From an uncultured archaeon (GTDB taxonomy: Archaea > Asgardarchaeota > Lokiarchaeia > Sigyniarchaeales > Promethearchaeaceae), in the NCBI GenBank assembly GCA_964426185.1, contig CAYRPF010000044.1:1-12372 (forward strand): 12,372 nucleotides of DNA. Reading direction: 5' to 3'. Below the pieces are notes generated by a model that was given only the letters and a program-made list of their open reading frames with translations, did no database searches and was not told where the DNA came from. Shown here in pieces: positions 1-6,555 of the stretch. Both the position numbers and the translations under genes were made by a program. Position 1 is the stretch's first letter; each line of letters starts with the position of its first letter.

Positions 1-38
1 CGGTATTTATTTTATACCATTTTTTGTCTTTTTGGAAA

Positions 39-141
39 CCATTCGAGAATTTTTTTTTTCGAAGGATTGATGCATCCCTTCTTTTCAGAGGGAATTTAAT
101 TTCTGGGCGGATTTGCCCGACGGAAGAGCCGTCTTTACTCC
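39..141. ncRNA. Candidate structured RNA element (unassigned)
   Basis: Cluster of short GC-rich inverted repeats in AT-rich DNA: GAAGG/CCTTC (61-81), TCCCT/AGGGA (75-93), GGGC/GCCC (105-118), GACGG/CCGTC (119-133). Confidence 0.3.
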
Positions 142-274
142 AGTACTCGTTTCTATAAATCAAAAACTGAAAAATTCTGATAATAACTATTGATCCGAAA
201 AAGAATCCAAAAACTGTCGTTAAACACAGCCGCTTGTATCAAAAAAGTGCGGTTGCTTTTAATTCACCAAAATT

Positions 275-314
275 AAAAAATCGCCTTTTGCGATGTTTAT
301 TCACTCTAGAAAAA
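275..314 (-). terminator. Probable terminator downstream of tRNA-Val
   Basis: T5 directly after the discriminator (314-310), then hairpin ATCGC-AAAAG-GCGAT (294-280) followed by a T-run on the minus strand. Confidence 0.45.
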
Positions 315-387
315 TAGGGGCGGAGAGAATTGAACTCTCGACCTCCACGGTGTGAGCGTGGCGAAATAACCACTAGTCAACGCCCCT
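315..387 (-). tRNA. tRNA-Val (anticodon CAC), no encoded CCA, no intron
   Basis: The reverse complement folds as a cloverleaf: acceptor AGGGGCG/CGCCCCT + discriminator A, D-loop AGTGGTTA, anticodon arm CCACG-CTCACAC-CGTGG (anticodon at 354-352), variable loop AGGTC, T-arm GAGAG-TTCAATT-CTCTC. A T-run follows. Confidence 0.95.
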
Positions 388-464
388 TCGGTTTGATTAA
401 AAATTGATGGTTTAGCATTATGAAATAGGAGATTCCTTAAAAAATTATGGTTCATTCGTGGGGA

Positions 465-758
465 TCAGTAATTCTCGTTTACTAACCAAGAAACTGGAAT
501 CATTTGGTTAGATCCATCTGGCATGCTCCGTCGAATAGTGATCGGCAAAACTTTCTTATCAAGTTCATAAGCCGCGATTTCGAGTGGATCGGTCAATTCA
601 GGGGGAATTATGGTAAACGGGCTGGCTTGAAAGCTGATCTGCAGGGCTCTTGCGCCAATAATACGTGATCTTTCATAACGAGTAATGAATATGCTTCCGA
701 TTTTAATTTTTCGTTCGGCTTCGATATATTCCTCATATCTTTTTAAAGTGCGACTCAC
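465..758 (-). CDS. rpoK: DNA-directed RNA polymerase subunit Rpo6/K (RPB6/omega family)
   Basis: Signature TRYERSRIIGARALQIS...DPLEIAAYEL...LPITIRRSMPDGS. GTG start with an SD-like GGATGA upstream. Confidence 0.96.
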   Translation of the reverse strand: MSRTLKRYEEYIEAERKIKIGSIFITRYERSRIIGARALQISFQASPFTIIPPELTDPLEIAAYELDKKVLPITIRRSMPDGSNQMIPVSWLVNENY

Positions 759-892
759 GGTGGATCATCCAAAATGTAGTAAGCATAATAAAACTCCATA
801 TAAAAAAAATTTTTGGATTTCAGCGAGGTATAGCTCCAGAAAAGCACCATTAAAAGCATGAAGTTATTTTAGGATGCATCACTGATTTTTCT

Positions 893-1654
893 ATGGAATG
901 GACGAAAAAAAAAATCTTCATGACAGTTATTTTTGTATTGATTATCCTTCTTTCAGCGGTGGTCATGTATTTTGTAATTACCGATGAAACCTTCTTATTT
1001 ACGATTATCCGGCAATACTTCATCTTACCGTTGCTCCGAATTGGACCTTGGGCGGCAGTAATCTTCTTATTACTAATGGTTGCACAGAGTTTAATTGCTC
1101 CCATTCCTTCCGAATTAATTCTTCTATCTGGTGCGATGATATTCGGATTCTGGTGGGGCACCCTATTAGGGATAATTGGTTCCATTTTAAGCGGTTCCAT
1201 CACCTATTATGTTTCGAAACAAGGGGGAAGATCTTTGCTTGAAGCCGCTGGAGAAAAAATGTCAATCGCAAACCGGATGATTCTATTAATGGATGAGTGG
1301 ATTGAACGATGGGGAATTTGGGCAATTATCGTGGGTCGTGCAGTTCCGGTAATCATGTTCGATCCTATTTCATATGCTGCTGGAATTTCAAATATTAAAC
1401 CTAAACCGTATATCATTGCCACAACGATTGGATCTATTCCCCGTGCCCTGTTTTTCTCTTTTCTGGGTATGAATCTTTTAGGAAGACACGATCCGAGTTA
1501 TATTGCTCAACTTACTCAAGAGGAAATTCAGTCGGCTTCGGGGCAGTTTAATCTGATATTCTTTATTATTTTTGGAATCTTGGTGGCGATGCTGGTTTTT
1601 GCTAATATTTTGTCCTATATGAGAGAACGTGCATTAAAAAAGAAAAGTGATTAA
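893..1654 (+). CDS. TVP38/TMEM64 family (DedA/VTT domain) membrane protein, putative lipid scramblase
   Basis: APIPSELILLSGAMIFGFWWG, GRAVPVIMFDPISYAAG and ATTIGSIP match VTT-domain motifs; several hydrophobic helices. Confidence 0.9.
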   Translation: MEWTKKKIFMTVIFVLIILLSAVVMYFVITDETFLFTIIRQYFILPLLRIGPWAAVIFLLLMVAQSLIAPIPSELILLSGAMIFGFWWGTLLGIIGSILSGSITYYVSKQGGRSLLEAAGEKMSIANRMILLMDEWIERWGIWAIIVGRAVPVIMFDPISYAAGISNIKPKPYIIATTIGSIPRALFFSFLGMNLLGRHDPSYIAQLTQEEIQSASGQFNLIFFIIFGILVAMLVFANILSYMRERALKKKSD

Positions 1655-1680
1655 TGTAATTGGGGTTTTCTAATTGTCCG

Positions 1681-1693
1681 TTTTATTTTTTTT
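1681..1693 (+). terminator. Oligo-T archaeal terminator
   Basis: TTTTATTTTTTTT about 27 nt after the TVP38-like stop codon. Confidence 0.45.
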
Positions 1694-1706
1694 GTATATT
1701 CAGTCC

Positions 1707-1795
1707 GTAATTTGGTTAATTTCTTTGATTAGTTGATTTGGTTGATTTAGTTGATCTGATGGATTTAATTGATCTGATTAACTTTTTTGATTTGA
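1707..1795. repeat. Degenerate 9-bp tandem repeat (consensus TTGATYTRR), ~10 units
   Basis: GTAATTTGG TTAATTTCT TTGATTAG TTGATTTGG TTGATTTAG TTGATCTGA TGGATTTAA TTGATCTGA TTAACTTTT TTGATTTGA read directly from the sequence. Confidence 0.75.
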
Positions 1796-1822
1796 TTCAT
1801 TTAATATCGCAGGAGTATATTC

Positions 1823-2395
1823 ATGAAAAAACCAGTGCCATACGATCAATATCCCGCCAAACAAATTAAAATGAAAAATGGGGAAAAAATAAACATCCGC
1901 TTATTTACTAAAAAAGATTTAGCAGGAATATGGCAGAATTTTAACGAAGTTGTGGCGGAAGGAATTTATCTCCCCGTTTACACTCCCGTACTCACAGAAT
2001 GGGAACGAATTTCTTGGTATCATGATATTCGGGATGAAGGAAACATATGTGTGATTGCTGAAGACCCTTTGGCCAATTCCATGAATAACATTGCAGGACA
2101 ATTAACCATTGAACATATTCCGTGGGAAGCGGCTTCACATGTTGGCCAACTGGGAATTATTGTCAATAATAACTATCGAAATCAAGGCATTGGTTATGAA
2201 TTGATTCGATATGGCGCCAAATTAGCCAAATTAATTGGAAAGCAGAAACTAATCTTGAGCACGCTAATTTCGAATTTATCAGCAATTCATTTATATGAAA
2301 AATGCGGTTTTCGCTCTGTAGGTGTATATCACCAGCAGTATTTCTTAAATAATAAATTTCAAGACGAATTGCTGATGGAATGGATATTTAATTAA
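1823..2395 (+). CDS. GNAT family N-acetyltransferase
   Basis: Acetyl-CoA motif A (VNNNYRNQGIG), motif B (NLSAIHLYEKCGF), HVGQLGI strand. SD AGGAG at 1811-1815. Confidence 0.92.
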   Translation: MKKPVPYDQYPAKQIKMKNGEKINIRLFTKKDLAGIWQNFNEVVAEGIYLPVYTPVLTEWERISWYHDIRDEGNICVIAEDPLANSMNNIAGQLTIEHIPWEAASHVGQLGIIVNNNYRNQGIGYELIRYGAKLAKLIGKQKLILSTLISNLSAIHLYEKCGFRSVGVYHQQYFLNNKFQDELLMEWIFN

Positions 2396-2500
2396 TATCT
2401 TTTGTTCTTTGGAAAAATATTTTTTAAGCTTACCAGAATTTTTATAGGACTACACCACATAAAAGAATATACAAACATTTTCTTTTTCGGTGAACTGATC

Positions 2501-3070
2501 ATGGAAAAATCAACCGATAATGACTGGAATGAATCTGATGCCCAAATACCCGTTATGAAAGTATTTTTTGCGGGTGAAGGCGGAGTTGGAAAAACAACCT
2601 TTGTAGAACGATTTGTGACTGGTATGTTCAACCCTTCCATGATCATGACTATTGGGGTAAATCACGCCGTAAAAACAATGAAAACCTCAGACGGAAGAAA
2701 TGTAACATTACAAGTGTGGGATCTGGGTGGTGAAGAGAGATTTCGATTCGTTGTTCAAAATTATGTAAAAGGTTCAAATGCAGGGGCAGTATGTTTTGAT
2801 TTAACCCGCATGAGCACATATCTTAATTTAGATGAATGGTTAGGGATAATTCGAGAGATATTGCCAGATATTCCATTGTATCTTTTAGGTATGAAGAGGG
2901 ATTTGGCGGAAGGAGATGTGGATGTGGACAATTATCAAGATTTGATCGATAAATATCATCTAGAAAGACTCATATTAACAAGCAGCGTGACGGGTGAGGG
3001 TGTTGATGAGACCTTTCAATCGATGGCGGATCAGCTACCTACGGAGCCAGAATTTTTCCGCAGTGTATAA
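2501..3070 (+). CDS. Rab-like small GTPase (Ras superfamily), 189 aa
   Basis: G1 GEGGVGKT, G2 TIGV, G3 WDLGGEERF, G4 MKRD, G5 TSSVTG. Start moved from the ORF-track TTG (2402) to ATG 2501, which has SD GGTGA at 2489-2493 and a TATA-like TTTATA at 2441-2446. Confidence 0.92.
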   Translation: MEKSTDNDWNESDAQIPVMKVFFAGEGGVGKTTFVERFVTGMFNPSMIMTIGVNHAVKTMKTSDGRNVTLQVWDLGGEERFRFVVQNYVKGSNAGAVCFDLTRMSTYLNLDEWLGIIREILPDIPLYLLGMKRDLAEGDVDVDNYQDLIDKYHLERLILTSSVTGEGVDETFQSMADQLPTEPEFFRSV

Positions 3071-3083
3071 AAATAGAACTCAG

Positions 3084-3155
3084 CTTGAACACTTTTCCAA
3101 GTGACACTTAGAAAAGTGTCACTTTATTAAAGGGTTCATAAAATAAGTTACACAT
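3084..3155 (+). promoter_or_regulatory. Palindromic operator array AAGTGWCACTT around the TATA box of the EEP gene
   Basis: AAGTGACACTT (3099-3109), AGAA, AAGTGTCACTT (3114-3124) form a perfect 11-bp inverted repeat. Half-site ACACTT at 3089-3094; 9/11 copy AAGTTACACAT at 3145-3155; TTTATTAA at 3123-3130. Confidence 0.65.
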
Positions 3156-5259
3156 GAATACCTCTAAAGAAAATTCTTTATCAGTAAAAACAAAATGGGC
3201 GATTACAGGGGCGTTAACCTTCATTTTACTGATTTTTTACCAACTTTTATCCGATTTAGTGGAAGGTATATATACTTTAGACTTACTAAACACTCAATTG
3301 GACGCAAAGGCTGCTGGATTACTGTTCTTTTTCAGCAGCATATTTATCTGGATAATTCCTTTTAAAAGGTCAAAAATAGCGGTCAGAATTGTACTGGGCA
3401 TAATGATGCTGGTAAGAATAATCGAACCTTGGATGGATCCTACCGGAAAAATAACTATTGCGGGAATTGGAGTCGGGGCTTTCTGGATAGGATTTCCACT
3501 TATTATTCGATTGTATGAAATTCAAATTATCCAAGCAATGGACACGGATGCTGAAAGTGCAAGGCGTTTTTTTTCGAAAATTATGATTTTTGCGCTGGCA
3601 GGAGCTTCATTCTTATCCCAATCATTACGCACTTGGGGTGTCACCCTTGATTATTCCATGAGGGGTTGGGGAAATATTTTGGGAGTTCTAATCTCGTTGG
3701 GTGGGTTAATTTTAGTGTATTACACAACTAACGATTCCGAAAACTTATTCACTACAGAAAAACCGAAATATTTCTTCTCTTTCAAAAAGATAACTGTATT
3801 AATCGCTTTAATTACTTGGAGTTATTTTGCTCTTAATGCACCGGCGGTGTTTACCCGATGGAGTGAAACAGATTATACTGCCGTTATTTTAATTGCTAAT
3901 CTCAGCACGGGTGCAGTCTTGTTCCTTTTGGTCTGGAAACCAGAATTATTGTGGAAAATGAAAAAGTGGCTATTAATTACTGGATTCGGTTTGTTCTTAA
4001 CCTTTTTTGTCGTAGGAATTGTTTCAAACCAAACCGTATTTATCGATGACTTAGAGCATAGCCCCATCATTGTCAGCCCTGCCAATTTTTTCCAGCAATT
4101 ATGGATTTATTTGGCTTGTTTGCTAATTTTCTTCCTCTACACGGTCGTGCTTCACATTATTTCATTACCATCCCGTTCCCAAAATCGGAAAAAAAAGAAG
4201 AAAGGTGTGTGGATTTGGATACTTAACGGATTTATCATGGTCCTTCTGATATTTATGTTGATTTTTACCAATGTTTGGGGATATGTAGAACCCGTCAGTG
4301 TGTGGTTTCGGGGCTTATTCTGGTTACCATTTGGAATTTTAGGATTTATTGTTGCATTTGCTTTATTTATACCTTTACTCTTTCAGAAGATCAAAATTAA
4401 GAAAGTTAGTGAAAAAATACCAAAAATGGGAAAAATGCACGCAAACCCATCATCCAGTCAACTTGAAAAAGTAATTACCGCCATTTTTTTGATTATATTT
4501 ATAATATTGAATGGTGTGTTGGCATATTCTACGGAAACTCATCCAATTAATCCAAACATCTCATCACAACCCATTAGATCTCTTAGAATTATGACATACA
4601 ATGTGCAACAAGGCGCAAATGTCTCCGGAGATAAAAATTTCGAGCAACAGTTGGCTTTTGTTCAAGAAATTAATCCCGATATTATCGGATTAGAAGAATC
4701 AGATACACCCAAAATTAACACAGGAAATACCGATTTAGTGCGCTTTTTCGCTGATAAACTTGATTATTATGTATATTATGGCCCTAAAACAGTGATGCAG
4801 ACCTACGGTGTTGCTATTTTATCAAGATATCCAATTCAAAACTTCTATTCCATTTTTACCTATGGCAACGAGGATGAAATTGGAAGCTTATTCGCCGAGG
4901 TGGTAGTGGGAAACACGGTATTTAATGTAATGGTTAATCATCCTGCGGGTTCACGTGATGCTAAAATGGCGCATACCGATATGATGCTCGATCAAGTGGA
5001 TGAATTATCAAACGTCATACTGATGGGTGATTTTAACTGGCGGGAAGATACTGATTATTATTCTATGGTAACTGCAATCTACCAAGATTCCTGGAGAACA
5101 AAATGGCCCACGGGAGTAGATGATCAAAATTTGGTCATGAATTCGACTATTGATCACATCTTTTTATCATCTACATTTACGGTTGAAGATGCGCGATATA
5201 TTATCAGTCCAGAATCACAAACCGATCATCCAGCATATTGGATCGATATATCGTGGTAA
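3154..5259 (+). CDS. Multi-pass membrane protein with C-terminal endonuclease/exonuclease/phosphatase (EEP) domain, Cwh43/PGAP2IP-like
   Basis: About 460 aa of TM helices, then EEP motifs MTYNV, DIIGLEE, GVAILSRYPI, ILMGDFN, IDHIF, TDH. The segment ESDT-x5-GNTDL...YGPKTVMQTYG resembles Cwh43. Confidence 0.88.
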   Translation: MNTSKENSLSVKTKWAITGALTFILLIFYQLLSDLVEGIYTLDLLNTQLDAKAAGLLFFFSSIFIWIIPFKRSKIAVRIVLGIMMLVRIIEPWMDPTGKITIAGIGVGAFWIGFPLIIRLYEIQIIQAMDTDAESARRFFSKIMIFALAGASFLSQSLRTWGVTLDYSMRGWGNILGVLISLGGLILVYYTTNDSENLFTTEKPKYFFSFKKITVLIALITWSYFALNAPAVFTRWSETDYTAVILIANLSTGAVLFLLVWKPELLWKMKKWLLITGFGLFLTFFVVGIVSNQTVFIDDLEHSPIIVSPANFFQQLWIYLACLLIFFLYTVVLHIISLPSRSQNRKKKKKGVWIWILNGFIMVLLIFMLIFTNVWGYVEPVSVWFRGLFWLPFGILGFIVAFALFIPLLFQKIKIKKVSEKIPKMGKMHANPSSSQLEKVITAIFLIIFIILNGVLAYSTETHPINPNISSQPIRSLRIMTYNVQQGANVSGDKNFEQQLAFVQEINPDIIGLEESDTPKINTGNTDLVRFFADKLDYYVYYGPKTVMQTYGVAILSRYPIQNFYSIFTYGNEDEIGSLFAEVVVGNTVFNVMVNHPAGSRDAKMAHTDMMLDQVDELSNVILMGDFNWREDTDYYSMVTAIYQDSWRTKWPTGVDDQNLVMNSTIDHIFLSSTFTVEDARYIISPESQTDHPAYWIDISW

Positions 5260-5267
5260 TTTTTTTT
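5260..5267 (+). terminator. Oligo-T terminator between convergent genes
   Basis: T-run immediately after the TAA of the EEP gene. Confidence 0.5.
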
Positions 5268-5298
5268 ATTAAATATTCAGTTGCAATAATTAGTTAGA

Positions 5299-6420
5299 TT
5301 ATTTATTGGATCCATTTTTCTTGGTATTATTCTGGTAAGTTGGTTCTAAAAAGGGAAAGCTGGCAATAAGAAGTGCGACGATTTCTTCAACTACGTTGGA
5401 TTGTTGAAAAAACTCTGGTGGATTATTTCCAAACTTATTTTCAAAACTGTCTAAAAATCGGATAAGAGCATGTTCCAGCATTTTAGAAATACTGTTAGAA
5501 ACCACCACGGCGGAGTAATATTTTCCAACTGTACGAATGATGGAAACATCTTCCGATTTAATCAATTTAACCGATGAATTGGATTCAAAATTATTTATAA
5601 AAATTTGATTGATAGAATTTAGCAGCTGGGTTATAGGAACTTTTAATGGGGGTAATTTTGCATAGATATTTTCATATTTTGATTGAAAGATGATATCTCC
5701 TTGGGGATCTGAAAGCATTACTACAAAAAGATTGGAAGGTATTTGGTAAAAATAATGGATATCTGCAATATAAACTAAAAGAATCATAATTAAGCCGATA
5801 ATTGGCAATACATTACCGATTTTAAAAATTATATCTTGAAAAAAAGAAAAAACCGAAAAATACCATGCAATATCCGCTACCAGCAAAGATAAATAACCAA
5901 AAGTCAAAATAGAAAAGGCCACGACCAAGAAAATAGATGATTTAGAACGCGTACGCTTGAAATTTCTGAAATAAAAAGGAAAACCAATTCCCAAATTAAT
6001 AATTGCTCCCATGGAATTGTAAGAGATATCTGCAAAAAACCAATTTAATTCGGTGGAATTTTCCGAAGAAAGAGTAAAAAGTACAAAAAGCAATGAAACC
6101 TGTTGAATGATGAGCAAGGTAAAAATTATTAGGAATAAAGGGAGGTTTATAGTCAAAGTTCTTAAACTTTCTAAGAAAAGATATAGAAAAAATAGCGATA
6201 ATCCAAAAAACATTAATTCTAAGGCAATTAAACCTTTTCTCGGAATAGATGGTAGTGCGGTTTGTAAAATTAAAAAAATACTAGCACCAATAAAGAGGGA
6301 AACGAAAGCAAAAAGAAAGTATGGGATATAGTGTTTAGTTATAATCGATTTCCATATAAAAAGAATCAACAATACACCCAATAATACGCTTAGCAAGATG
6401 TTAGTTGTGGTTTCATTCAT
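5299..6420 (-). CDS. Seven-TM membrane protein with C-terminal longin-like (profilin/roadblock-type fold) domain
   Basis: Seven hydrophobic segments in residues ~8-222. The soluble tail has a beta-beta-alpha-beta-beta-beta-alpha-alpha pattern (VVMLSDPQGDIIFQSKY...LLNSINQIF...KLIKSEDVSIIRTVGKYYSAVVVS...ALIRFLDSFENKF). ATG 6420 preferred over GTG 6423. Confidence 0.75.
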   Translation of the reverse strand: MNETTTNILLSVLLGVLLILFIWKSIITKHYIPYFLFAFVSLFIGASIFLILQTALPSIPRKGLIALELMFFGLSLFFLYLFLESLRTLTINLPLFLIIFTLLIIQQVSLLFVLFTLSSENSTELNWFFADISYNSMGAIINLGIGFPFYFRNFKRTRSKSSIFLVVAFSILTFGYLSLLVADIAWYFSVFSFFQDIIFKIGNVLPIIGLIMILLVYIADIHYFYQIPSNLFVVMLSDPQGDIIFQSKYENIYAKLPPLKVPITQLLNSINQIFINNFESNSSVKLIKSEDVSIIRTVGKYYSAVVVSNSISKMLEHALIRFLDSFENKFGNNPPEFFQQSNVVEEIVALLIASFPFLEPTYQNNTKKNGSNK

Positions 6421-6555
6421 CACTTACTATTCCTTTAAGTCGAATTAGTTCTAGTACAATCATTATTGAAATAAACATGCTCCTTTTATTTCTCAATTCA
6501 TATTTTATTTTTTCATCGTAAAAAGGATTAGGTAAGTGATAAAAAAGAAAAAATG

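Noticed and set aside
57-93. SECIS-like element (Lokiarchaeia use eukaryote-like SECIS)
   Set aside because: The minus-strand UGA...GA flank a stem, but the register and stem length do not fit the RUGAN/NGAN quartet. No in-frame UGA selenoprotein is evident in the window.
388-467. UGA read-through of rpoK
   Set aside because: The protein is already complete at the TGA, and the extension would run into the tRNA without recognisable sequence.
850-1422. ORFs 850-1203(-), 1048-1242(+) and 1207-1422(-)
   Set aside because: Shadow or alternate frames of the well-supported TVP38-like gene, with no motifs.
1707-1800. CRISPR array, or NQI-repeat peptide on the minus strand
   Set aside because: There are no spacers or cas genes, and the minus-strand frame hits TAA after 11 codons.
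2402-2500. N-terminal 33-aa extension of the GTPase ORF from the TTG start
   Set aside because: Low-complexity AT-rich sequence containing a TATA-like box and an SD positioned for ATG 2501; likely intergenic.
1823-3070. GNAT acetylating the GTPase for membrane targeting
   Set aside because: Supported only by adjacency. The GNAT looks like a generic small-molecule type, and the GTPase seems to have its own promoter.
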